NCBI GenBank assembly: GCA_963784045.1
Contig: CAWAPZ010000005.1
Coordinates: 330,433-394,432, forward strand
Origin: Vicinamibacterales bacterium
GTDB taxonomy: Bacteria > Acidobacteriota > Vicinamibacteria > Vicinamibacterales > JAMQPK01
Length of the DNA stretch: 64,000 nucleotides
Direction: 5' to 3'
Shown: positions 20,527 to 29,192 of the stretch, piece after piece
Numbering within the stretch: position 1 is the stretch's first letter
Layout of the letters: the number at the start of each line of letters is the position of its first letter
Program-made: the position numbers and the translations under genes
The notes under the pieces: generated by a model
What the model was told of the DNA's origin: nothing
The model's database searches: none
The model's input: only the letters and a program-made list of their open reading frames with translations

Positions 20527-20802
20527 TTATCCCGTCAGGCGAAACCCGGAGAAGCGGCCCGACGGATCAAGCGCGATCGTATCGACATCATCAACGCGGG
20601 CGCCCGCCGGCCCTCGCCGCACAGCCATCTCGAACCGCTGCAACGCCTCGACGTCGCCCTCCGCGACGATCTCGACGCTGCCGTCGTGTTGATTGCGCAC
20701 GTACCCCTGAATGCCTTCGCGCTGCGCGGCGTTCTCCACGAAAAATCGGAACCCGACGCGTTGCACGCGGCCTTTTACGATGTACCGCCGCCCCACGAGC
20801 AC
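20527..20802 (-). CDS. acyP: Acylphosphatase
   Basis: GRVQRVGFR, GYVRNQHDGSVE, GPAGARV. Confidence 0.92.
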   Translation of the reverse strand: MLVGRRYIVKGRVQRVGFRFFVENAAQREGIQGYVRNQHDGSVEIVAEGDVEALQRFEMAVRRGPAGARVDDVDTIALDPSGRFSGFRLTG

Positions 20803-20827
20803 GGCGAATTATAGCGTGGAGAAAGAA

Positions 20828-20856
20828 AAAGGGCGCCGGCATGGCCGACGCCCTTT
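20828..20856 (-). terminator. Intrinsic terminator of the NHL gene
   Basis: aagggcgccggc-atg-gccgacgccctt hairpin followed by a U-tract on the minus strand. Confidence 0.65.
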
Positions 20857-20889
20857 CGATTGACGACTGAGACTGACGACTACCGACTC

Positions 20890-22182
20890 TTAATTGTGAT
20901 TTCCCTCGGGCTTCGCAACCGCCCCGAGTCCCTTGTACGAGAACTTCTGCACGCGCGCACCCGTGTACGTTTCGACCGTGTAGAGGTTCCCCTTCGAGTC
21001 GAGCGAGACGTTGTGTGTCGCGTAGAACTGGCCGGGATAACGGCCGCCGTTACCGATGTGGTTCAGCACCTGCATCGGATCGCGAAGCAGCTGCCACACG
21101 CGATGGTTCGCGCCGTCAGCGACGTACATCAGCCGCTGCTGCGGATCCTTGGAGAACGCGATGTCGAAGGTGACGCCGTCGCCGAGCGTCCGCTTGGCGA
21201 TCTGCGCTTCCTTGATGTACGTGCCGTCCTTCTTGAACACCTGGATGCGGTCGTTCACGCGGTCGCACACGTAAACGAGGCCGTCGTTCGCGAGCGACGC
21301 GCAGTGCACCGTCTGCCAGTTGGTCGACAGTGGCTTCGCAGGGTCGTAGGTTACGTTCGGATCGTCTGTTGGCGGCTTGCCGTAGGCGCCCCACATGCGC
21401 TTGAACGTCCCCTTGTCGGCGTCATAGACGATGACGCGGCGATTGCCATAGCCGTCGGCGACATAGACCTCGTTGGCGGCCATGTCGACTTCAACTTCGG
21501 CCGGGCGGCTCAGGTTTGCGGTGTCCTTGTTGCCCTTGCTCGCGCCGTTCTTGCCGATCTGCAGCAGGAACTTGCCGTCCTTGGAAAACTTCAACACCGT
21601 GTCGCCGCCGTTGCCGGCAAGCCACACGTTGTCTTTGCCGTCGATGGTGACGCCGTGCATGGATGGCGGCCACTCGAAGCCCGTTCCGGGACCGCCCCAG
21701 TGATTGACGAGATTGCCCTCCGCATCGAACTCGAGCACGGGAGGCGCTGCTGCGCAGCAGAACTCAGAAATCGGCTTCGTCATGTCTGACGCGCTGTAAC
21801 CGGTCACGGTGTTCCCAGCGCTCGGCGCGGCAAAGCCAGGACCTGCTGCTGGTGCGGCACCCGCCCGGCCGCCGCCGCCGCGAGGCGCGGGCGGCGTGAA
21901 CGCCATCTGGCTCGCGAACTTCTGGTCGAGCGATGCCTGGCCGCGATGCACGACGAAGACGTGATCGCGGGCGTCGATCGCGAGGCCGACGGTCGATCCA
22001 AGCACCCAGTTGTTCGGGAGCGGTTTTGGCCACATGCGATCGACTTCATAGATGCCGGCGCGATTCGCGCTGCCATTTTCCTGCGCGCGCGCCACCGTCT
22101 GTAATGTGTACTGGGCGACCGCCAGCACGACAATGACTGCCGCGATGGTGGCGCCGACGTAGAAGTTCCGCGTTCTTTTCAT
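20890..22182 (-). CDS. Secreted NHL-repeat beta-propeller (peptidylamidoglycolate lyase-like)
   Basis: Signal peptide; WPKPLPNNW; YVADGYGNRRV; VCDRVNDRIQVF. Confidence 0.88.
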   Translation of the reverse strand: MKRTRNFYVGATIAAVIVVLAVAQYTLQTVARAQENGSANRAGIYEVDRMWPKPLPNNWVLGSTVGLAIDARDHVFVVHRGQASLDQKFASQMAFTPPAPRGGGGRAGAAPAAGPGFAAPSAGNTVTGYSASDMTKPISEFCCAAAPPVLEFDAEGNLVNHWGGPGTGFEWPPSMHGVTIDGKDNVWLAGNGGDTVLKFSKDGKFLLQIGKNGASKGNKDTANLSRPAEVEVDMAANEVYVADGYGNRRVIVYDADKGTFKRMWGAYGKPPTDDPNVTYDPAKPLSTNWQTVHCASLANDGLVYVCDRVNDRIQVFKKDGTYIKEAQIAKRTLGDGVTFDIAFSKDPQQRLMYVADGANHRVWQLLRDPMQVLNHIGNGGRYPGQFYATHNVSLDSKGNLYTVETYTGARVQKFSYKGLGAVAKPEGNHN

Positions 22183-22226
22183 AGTGCCTCCTGGAAGGCT
22201 TCTCAGGTTGGAAATGTGGGGCTAGA

Positions 22227-23453
22227 TTACCTTCGCGCCCGGTCAAAGGCAAACAAATTGGCGATCTCCCGTGTTTTGCCCGGCTTGTCGCCGTGTTGAT
22301 ACAAGTCCACGAGCGTTCGCGCCGCCAGAAACGACGCTGTCATGCCGTTGCCGCCGTAGCCGAGGGCGAACAAGTGCCCCGGATACCGTGAGTGCTCGCC
22401 GACGTAGGGGAGCCCGTCTGGCGTCTCCGCAAACAGCCCTTCCCAGGCATATTCCGCCGCTTCCTCGGCGAGTTCAGGGTAGATCCTGGCAAGATAGGTC
22501 CGTAACCGCCCTTCCGCGGCCGCCATACGTCGGCCCGCTCCCTTTGGCGACCGGTGAAGTGTATCTTCACCGCCAACCAGCAATCGCCCGTCTCCGCTCC
22601 ATCGCACGTAGTGATATGGACGATCGGTGTCCCAAGCCATCACCCGCCGCCTTCGTGGGCGCGGTAACCGCCTTGTGGCCAGTACGTAGGTGTCCTTCAT
22701 CCTGAAGCGCCCGACCAGCCCGCGAAATTCCGGCGTGGCGTAACCGGTCGCCACGACGATGCGCGCAGCCGAGATCGTGCCGCCGGCTGTCCGCACCTCG
22801 ATCCCTGATCGTGACGCCATAACACTGCGTACGTGCGATCGCTCGAAAACGCTCGCGCCGCGGCGGGCGGCGGCCGCCAGGAATCCTTCGCATGCGCGCA
22901 CCGGGTTTACCTGTGCATTGCCCGAAGCGGCGATGGCTGCCTGCGCTCTTATGCCGGTCATGCGGTAGAGCGCCGCGGCCGTGAGCCAGCGTCCCGGAAG
23001 CCCGGCCGCTTTCCGCGCATCGAACTCCTTTCGAAGCGCTTTCACTTTGTCCGGATCGAGCGTGAAATACACCGAATCACATTTGCAGAGGCCGGCGTCG
23101 AGCTTCAGCGCACTGATTGTTTTTGCGAGGTCGCGCGTGGCTTTGCCGAGCGATTTCCAGATCTCGCGCGCTGCCGCTCGTCCGAAACGCGACGCGAGAT
23201 CGGTGAAATCGCGATCGGGCTCCTGCATCAGGAGAGCCGTGCTTGCGCTGGTGCTGCCGCGTGCAACCGTGCCCGACTCGAGAAGCACCACGCGTACGCC
23301 CGCGTCGGCAAACAGGTACGCGCAGATCGCACCAGTGATGCCGCCGCCGACAATGACAATGTCCGTTTCAAGATGACCGCGATGGCGAGGATATTTTCGC
23401 TTTGCCCCGCCGTGGCCGAGCCACAGCGGACGACCGTATCGAAGACGACGCAC
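22227..23453 (-). CDS. FAD-dependent oxidoreductase (DAO/glycine oxidase family)
   Basis: IVGGGITG, GSTSASTA, TPDGLPYVG, GYGGNG. Confidence 0.9.
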   Translation of the reverse strand: MRRLRYGRPLWLGHGGAKRKYPRHRGHLETDIVIVGGGITGAICAYLFADAGVRVVLLESGTVARGSTSASTALLMQEPDRDFTDLASRFGRAAAREIWKSLGKATRDLAKTISALKLDAGLCKCDSVYFTLDPDKVKALRKEFDARKAAGLPGRWLTAAALYRMTGIRAQAAIAASGNAQVNPVRACEGFLAAAARRGASVFERSHVRSVMASRSGIEVRTAGGTISAARIVVATGYATPEFRGLVGRFRMKDTYVLATRRLPRPRRRRVMAWDTDRPYHYVRWSGDGRLLVGGEDTLHRSPKGAGRRMAAAEGRLRTYLARIYPELAEEAAEYAWEGLFAETPDGLPYVGEHSRYPGHLFALGYGGNGMTASFLAARTLVDLYQHGDKPGKTREIANLFAFDRARR

Positions 23454-23496
23454 TGAAACCTATTCTGATAGGCTCTATTCGTTTTTCGTTTTTCGG

Positions 23497-24831
23497 TTAT
23501 TTGCCTCTGTAAACCACCCGCCAGATTTTGCCCTTGACGCTTTCGGTGATGTACAGAGTGCCGTCAGGGCCCATGTAGGTTCCGTTCGGCCGCGCAGCTG
23601 CCAGATCGGGACTCTTCATGGGCTCCATCCCCTTGAAGCCGTCGGCGAATACTTCGTGCGCGCCGGTGTTCTTGCCCTTCGCGACCGGCTGGAAAAGAAT
23701 GTTGTAGCCCGCCATCGGAAACGGCGCGCGGTTCCAGGAACCATGCGAGGTCATAAACGCGCCTCCCCGGTACTTCGCGGGGAACTGCGTTCCCGTGTAG
23801 AACATCAAATCGACCGGCGCGTAATGCGCCGGAAATCCGGCAAAGATGTCCTTGAACTGGGAGCATCGCCCCACCGTTTTGCCGTCGCCGCCGTACTCAG
23901 GCGCAAGAATCATCTTGTTGAGTCGCGAGTCGTGATAGCAGTAGGGCCATCCGAAGACGTCTCCCTGCGCGATCTGAAGCATCGGCTCGCTCGGACCGAA
24001 TGCGTTGTCTTCCGACGTATAGCCTTTCTCCGGAAACAACGTGTCAAGCGAATCGCGGCTGTTCATCGCGACATACAAATGTCCATCGTGCCACGCCACC
24101 GCGACCGGCTGGCGCATGCCCGAAGCAAAACGCGCTTCCTTGGTGAACTTCTGTCCCACGACATCCGCCTTGAAGCGCCAGACGCCGCCGCGATCGTCGA
24201 GTTGCGGGCACGGATCGATACCGGGCGCACCCGGGCGCCGATCGGGAATCTGGCACGCGTTGGAGGGGAGACCGATGTTGACGTACACATTTCCCGCATC
24301 GTCGAACGCGATGTCTTTCTCTGCGTGCCCGCCGCCTACGGGGAAATCATCGACGATAATCTCCGCCGGACCCGCAGGCTTCAACTCACCCGGCGTCAGC
24401 TTGAAGCGGCCGATGTGCGTGGTCGCGGCGTAGTACAGGTAGCCGTTTCGCAGCTCGAGACCGGTGCCACCTACTGTCCCAAATTTCTCGCTGACCACAT
24501 CGGCTTTGCCGTCACCGTTCGTATCGCGCAGTCCGACGATGCCGCCGGCTGAAAAAGGTTCGTTCGGACTCGGCCTGGCGCCGCGGCGGAGGATGACGTA
24601 GATATCTCCGTTGTCGTTCACGACGATGTGACGGCCTTCGCCGATGCCCCCTTCGTGCACGACGAGCGCGCAAAATCCCGGCGGGAGCGTCAGGCCGCCG
24701 TTATTCGCATCGCACGACGGCAGCCCCGCCTTCGCAGCGGGCTTCGGCGCGGCAGTCCCCTGTCCACGCAGCGGGACTGACGGGGCCGCACAGACGCATG
24801 TGATCACAAGCGCGAGAAAGAAGCGTTTCAT
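23497..24831 (-). CDS. PQQ-dependent glucose/sorbosone dehydrogenase-family protein
   Basis: Signal peptide; LTLPPGFCA; DTNGDGKAD; FGWPYCY; AHYAP; HGSWNR. Confidence 0.88.
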   Translation of the reverse strand: MKRFFLALVITCVCAAPSVPLRGQGTAAPKPAAKAGLPSCDANNGGLTLPPGFCALVVHEGGIGEGRHIVVNDNGDIYVILRRGARPSPNEPFSAGGIVGLRDTNGDGKADVVSEKFGTVGGTGLELRNGYLYYAATTHIGRFKLTPGELKPAGPAEIIVDDFPVGGGHAEKDIAFDDAGNVYVNIGLPSNACQIPDRRPGAPGIDPCPQLDDRGGVWRFKADVVGQKFTKEARFASGMRQPVAVAWHDGHLYVAMNSRDSLDTLFPEKGYTSEDNAFGPSEPMLQIAQGDVFGWPYCYHDSRLNKMILAPEYGGDGKTVGRCSQFKDIFAGFPAHYAPVDLMFYTGTQFPAKYRGGAFMTSHGSWNRAPFPMAGYNILFQPVAKGKNTGAHEVFADGFKGMEPMKSPDLAAARPNGTYMGPDGTLYITESVKGKIWRVVYRGK

Positions 24832-24874
24832 GGCCGCAAATTGTACCGGTTACTCAATGAAGGCGCAATGAATG

Positions 24875-25070
24875 CGCGTCAGCAGCCGTAATCCGAACCG
24901 TTTCCTTCAACACCTGAACCAGCGAGAGTTTGCCCGTTTCATCGCGCCGTACAGGGGACTGAAACCGATACACGCGCGGAGGAACGTCCTTCGTGATGAT
25001 GAAGGTCGCGTCCCTGGTTACGAGCAGGGACGTCTGCGTCGTGCGGGCCATCTGGGTACGTGGCGTGAAA
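24875..25070 (-). pseudogene. Frameshifted internal fragment of a beta-propeller gene paralogous to 51333-52223
   Basis: FHATYPDGPHDAD/SLLVTRDATFIITKD...VYRF aligns by eye with FRASYPDGAHDAEALLAATDGTLYIVTKG...LYRF. Confidence 0.65.
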
Positions 25071-25140
25071 GTGGAAAGTGAAAATAAGGCCGGTCGTTGT
25101 CTTTTCACTTTTTACTTTTCACTTTCTACTTTCTATTTTC
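25066..25140. repeat. Heptamer tandem repeats forming an imperfect hairpin (AAAGTGR / TTTTCAC-TTTCTAC)
   Basis: gtgaaagtggaaagtgaaaa...ttttcactttttacttttcactttctactttctatttt. Confidence 0.7.
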
Positions 25141-26173
25141 GCACGTACTTCTTGATCCCCTTCTGCCCCACCTCTGCGCCGTATACGTTGCCCTGCGCGT
25201 CAGCCGCGACACCCTCGGGCCCGCTCGTCCCGGAGAGCGAGCCTTCGTCGACGTTCGGATTGTCGTCGGGGATAAACGCGGTGACTTTGCCGTCGCGCGC
25301 GCTTCCGATGCGGATGCCGCGCTTCCATTCGCCGTGTTTGCGCGACTTGTTCGATTCGGAATCGGCGACGTAAATCACGTCGTTCTTGTCGATATATACA
25401 CCGCTCGGCCGGCTGAACTGGTGCCATTCGTCGAGCACCGTGCCGTTCTGATCGAAGATCTGAATCCGGTTGTTGGCGCGGTCCGCGACGAACAGCCGGC
25501 CTTTCGAGTCCATGGCCAGCGCGTGCGGCGCATCGAGCTGCCCACGGCCGGCTCCGCGCGTGCCCCATTCCTTGATGAACTTTCCGGTCCTGTCGTACTT
25601 CACGATTCGCGCGTTGGTCTCGCCGCCGTGGCCGTCGGCCACGAAGATGTCGCCGTTTGGCGCCGTAATGACGTCAGACGGCTGATTGAAGTGCATCGGG
25701 TCCGTCCCAGTCATCCCGGGCATACCAAGACGCAGCAGCACCTTCCCGTCGGGACTGAACTTCACGATGTGATGGCCGCCGGCAACGGGCGGAGCGCCTG
25801 CACGCCCGGCGCCGGGTGGCAATCCGTCGACGACCCAGACGCTACCCTGAGCATCAATGTGAATGCCGTGCGGAAAGACGAACATGCCCTCGCCGAAGCT
25901 CGTCACCAGCTTGCCTGATGGATCGAACTTCATCACAACGGGCAGATTCGATCCGACGCACGAATTTGCGCCGCAGCGGTCGACGATCCAAATCGACTTG
26001 CCGTCGATGTCAGGCTCGACCGTGCTGATCGATCCCCATGCGCGTCCGTTCGGCAGCTGAAACGGATTCCCGACGGTCTTGTATGGGTTCGGTGCGTCGT
26101 TGGTTGGCGCGGCGGGGGCTTGCGCGAGCAGAGACGGCACGGCCAGAAGCGCAACGAAAAGTATGTGTCTCAT
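25133..26173 (-). CDS. Secreted NHL-repeat protein
   Basis: Signal peptide; DRCGANSC; FVFPHGIH; FNQPSDV; VADRANNRIQIFDQ. Confidence 0.88.
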   Translation of the reverse strand: MRHILFVALLAVPSLLAQAPAAPTNDAPNPYKTVGNPFQLPNGRAWGSISTVEPDIDGKSIWIVDRCGANSCVGSNLPVVMKFDPSGKLVTSFGEGMFVFPHGIHIDAQGSVWVVDGLPPGAGRAGAPPVAGGHHIVKFSPDGKVLLRLGMPGMTGTDPMHFNQPSDVITAPNGDIFVADGHGGETNARIVKYDRTGKFIKEWGTRGAGRGQLDAPHALAMDSKGRLFVADRANNRIQIFDQNGTVLDEWHQFSRPSGVYIDKNDVIYVADSESNKSRKHGEWKRGIRIGSARDGKVTAFIPDDNPNVDEGSLSGTSGPEGVAADAQGNVYGAEVGQKGIKKYVRK

Positions 26174-26202
26174 GGGCGGAGTATATATTCAATACTGGAC
26201 TT

Positions 26203-26228
26203 TGGGGATTAGGGATTAGGGATTAGGA
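26203..26228. repeat. Heptamer tandem repeat (GGGATTA)n
   Basis: ggggattagggattagggattagga. Confidence 0.75.
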
Positions 26229-26229
26229 G

Positions 26230-26991
26230 TTGGAATGGAGCCATCGAGGCGAGCCCCGGGTACTGCTTGCGATTGTGGTTGTCGTTAATACCTTTACAGG
26301 TAGTGTCCGCCTCAAGGCAGACCAACAGGCGCAGCCGAACCCGCGGCAGCAGCCGGGGGCGCAGGTCACGATGTTTGCTCCCGAGCAGCATGACCTTTAC
26401 GACGGGCTCTACGTCCTGTCCGGAAGTCGCGTCTACATGGTAGGAGGCCTAAACGACTCGTCAGGCTTCGATCATCTCGGCAACGACGCAGCGAATGTGA
26501 AGCCGGTCGCCGGTACTGTCGAGATCGACGTCGACGAGTTGAAAAACACCGGCACGTTCGAAGTCCGCCTCAGGATTCCCGAGGGCGATCTCGTGCTCGC
26601 GATGGATCGCTTCCACGAGTTCAGTCCCTGCCAGCACGGCGGTATCGCGGCATTCCTGCACGAGCACGGGACTGATTCAGGCTGCGGCGACAACAACTGG
26701 CCGAAGGCGTTCGGCTATCTGGCGGGATGGGGATACGGCCACGCCACGCTCAACGGCAAGCCTCTGTACGACAACTATGAAATGCATTTCATGGTGACGC
26801 AGGGCATCCGCGATCGGAAGACGTTGAAAGTGAACTACCCTATGCCCGGCAAGAAATTGCCTGGCGGCGAGGTCAACCCGGCCACGCAGCAGATCGATTT
26901 TTATATCCGAAGCCCACAGACGAATCCGAAGAACACGCCGAACCGGGAAGTGTTCGCGCATTTCTTCGCGATGGAAGTGACGTGGAAGTGA
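26230..26991 (+). CDS. Conserved-looking secreted hypothetical protein; probable true ATG at 26235 is separated from the body by a 1-bp indel
   Basis: Strong codon bias; AGGAG RBS before the out-of-frame ATG; deleting one C in gccccggg gives MEPSRRARVLLAIVVV. Confidence 0.7.
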   Translation: MEWSHRGEPRVLLAIVVVVNTFTGSVRLKADQQAQPNPRQQPGAQVTMFAPEQHDLYDGLYVLSGSRVYMVGGLNDSSGFDHLGNDAANVKPVAGTVEIDVDELKNTGTFEVRLRIPEGDLVLAMDRFHEFSPCQHGGIAAFLHEHGTDSGCGDNNWPKAFGYLAGWGYGHATLNGKPLYDNYEMHFMVTQGIRDRKTLKVNYPMPGKKLPGGEVNPATQQIDFYIRSPQTNPKNTPNREVFAHFFAMEVTWK

Positions 26992-27002
26992 CGGCAGTCA
27001 CG

Positions 27003-27119
27003 GCCGACCTGAAGGTCGGCACTACGAAATGGCACAGAAGGAACATGACACAGGACGACAACCCACCCGCGACGACGAAATTCACCTCAGTACGTAGTGC
27101 TGGCCTTTAGGCCGGCTAC
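27003..27119. repeat. Pair of GTAG-type REP palindromes in opposite orientation between convergent genes
   Basis: gccgacctgaaggtcggcactac (27003-27025) and gtagtgctggcctttaggccggctac (27094-27119); degenerate copy gtagtgtccgcctcaaggcagacc at ~26300. Confidence 0.75.
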
Positions 27120-28318
27120 TCCGCCCTTAGTCCAGTTTCTCCGAGCAAATCCGCGCGGGGCATGCCCCAATTCGGCACGTTCGACGGACACCCTCGGCGC
27201 GGCACCAGATCCATTCGCGAGAAATTCTGGCCGATGCGCTCGGCGAACCGCAGATCGTAAATCGATCCGTCCTCGACGACCGGCGCGCGGCCGAACCGCA
27301 GCCACGCACGCGCCCAGCAGTCGTCTTCAGCAAGCCTGCGGAGACGCGTCAGCGACTGCGAGCGCGTGTCTCGCAACGCAAACCGTCCGTCGCCGAGGAT
27401 CCGGCTCTCCCGCGAGCCCGCGAGCCGATGCGATCCGCACGCCGTCGGTGCCGTCCACACCGGAGCCAGCGACAGCGTTCCTCGCCACAGCACAAATTCT
27501 GCGTCCGTCTCGCGAAGCTCGACGACGATTACAGACCAGCAGACGGGCGACCCAGGATTCGGCGTGAGGATGACGTCGGTCACCGGCCCTCGCAGCACCG
27601 GGTCCAGCGCGTGAACGGCGGCCCGCCGCGCCACCTGAGAAGCCCGGATGAAGCTGCCGATAATCACGACGCAGATGGCCAGTCCCCATGCAGCCCTCGC
27701 GCGAGGCGACAGACCGGCCGCCGCGCGCGCAAAGATGCCGCCGGCAACGGCAAGCAATACCACCGACTCGAGCGGAATAGCGCCAATCCGCGCCGCAACG
27801 GCAAGCAACAGCGCCATCGGGAGCGCGACAGCGAGACGTGCGGTACCGCTCCGGCCATTCCATGCGGCCGCAATCCCGAGGAGCAGCCATAGCCACGGTT
27901 CCAGGATAAAGACGGCGTCGCCGAAGTACCACGTGTTGTCGACCGGGTAAAAAGGATGGACACCGTAGCTGTTGAGCGCATCGAGCACGAGATGGCTCGC
28001 AAGCGCGATGGCGATGAGCAGCCCGAACCGGAGCCGGCCCGAAAAGCGCATCTTGCGAACCGGCGGAGAGAACCAGTACGCCAGGAGCAGCGCGACCGCT
28101 AACCCGGCGAGGCCGAGCACGGTATGGGTATGGCCTCTATGGTGCAGCAGATAACCAAGCGGCGACGGAGTGATAGCCGCGTAGGCCAAGTCGATGTCGG
28201 GTAGATTCGCCGCGATGATGCCGGCGCCGACAAACAGTGACCGCTGCGTCTTCGATGTCCGGCCGATCGAAAGATCCGCGAGCGCGACACCCACAAGGGA
28301 ATGAGTGATGTTGTCCAC
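27116..28318 (-). CDS. Membrane-bound metal-dependent hydrolase (YdjM-like)
   Basis: MDNITHSLVG, NLPDID, HHRGHTHT, SHLVLDALNSYG. Confidence 0.88.
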   Translation of the reverse strand: MDNITHSLVGVALADLSIGRTSKTQRSLFVGAGIIAANLPDIDLAYAAITPSPLGYLLHHRGHTHTVLGLAGLAVALLLAYWFSPPVRKMRFSGRLRFGLLIAIALASHLVLDALNSYGVHPFYPVDNTWYFGDAVFILEPWLWLLLGIAAAWNGRSGTARLAVALPMALLLAVAARIGAIPLESVVLLAVAGGIFARAAAGLSPRARAAWGLAICVVIIGSFIRASQVARRAAVHALDPVLRGPVTDVILTPNPGSPVCWSVIVVELRETDAEFVLWRGTLSLAPVWTAPTACGSHRLAGSRESRILGDGRFALRDTRSQSLTRLRRLAEDDCWARAWLRFGRAPVVEDGSIYDLRFAERIGQNFSRMDLVPRRGCPSNVPNWGMPRADLLGETGLRAE

Positions 28319-28380
28319 GGGGGCTGGGGGCTGATGGTTAGGGTCGGGATTAGGGATTGGGATTAGGGATCAGGGATTAG
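28319..28380. repeat. Degenerate heptamer tandem repeat (GGGATTA/GGGATCA)
   Basis: cgggattagggattgggattagggatcagggattag. Confidence 0.7.
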
Positions 28381-29129
28381 TGGTGGACGGTTGCGAGAAA
28401 GCGCAATCGCACGTAGTGCGCGGTCCAATTGCCTGCCGAGTCGCAGATTTCCTCGCGCAGCAGATTCTCCACGTCCGCGATGAACGCCTCCCGCTCGGCC
28501 GTTGCAATCCCGTCGAGTGTCGCGCGCTCGAATGTTTCGAGCCACCCGCGCATGCCGGTCGGCAGCGGTGTCGGGCGCGGAATGAGATCGATCTGGGTCA
28601 CGCTGAATCCATGCGACTCGAGACGGGTTGAGTATTCCGCGGGTGTGGCGTAGTACCGGTGAATGTTCGTCTTCCATCCTCGGCGCGCGAGGACGCTTCG
28701 TATGGCGACCTGGATGGCGGCGATGTTGCCGTGGCCGCCGAACTCGGCCACGAATCGCCCTCCCGCCTTCAACGCCCGATACACGCCCGCCAGCATCGCG
28801 TCGTGGTCCCGCACCCAGTGGAGCGCAGCGTTCGAGAACACGGCGTCGAATTCGCCGTCAAACGGCAGGCGCACCGCATCCATCACGCGCGCATCGAGGC
28901 CGCGCGCCCTGGCGCCCGCCACCATTTCCTCTGACACGTCCACCCCGACGACCGACGCGCCCGCCGCGGCAATCCGCTCCGTCAGGGAGCCCTCTCCGCA
29001 GCCGAGGTCGAGAATCCGCTCGCCGGACCGCGGGTTCAGCAACTCCAGTACGGCAGCGCCGAGCGCCGGCACATAGGCAGCGTTTTTCCGATACGTCTCG
29101 CTCGTCCAGCGATTCACACTTGTGTGCAA
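28377..29129 (-). CDS. Class I SAM-dependent methyltransferase (trans-aconitate MTase-like)
   Basis: ILDLGCGEG, FDAVFSNAALHW, EFGGHGN, YVRLRF. Confidence 0.9.
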   Translation of the reverse strand: MHTSVNRWTSETYRKNAAYVPALGAAVLELLNPRSGERILDLGCGEGSLTERIAAAGASVVGVDVSEEMVAGARARGLDARVMDAVRLPFDGEFDAVFSNAALHWVRDHDAMLAGVYRALKAGGRFVAEFGGHGNIAAIQVAIRSVLARRGWKTNIHRYYATPAEYSTRLESHGFSVTQIDLIPRPTPLPTGMRGWLETFERATLDGIATAEREAFIADVENLLREEICDSAGNWTAHYVRLRFLATVHH

Positions 29130-29192
29130 TTGTATCCGGCTCGACCGTTCCGAACTGCGGTACGCTACCTGCGCACTCGGAAAGCGACCTCA

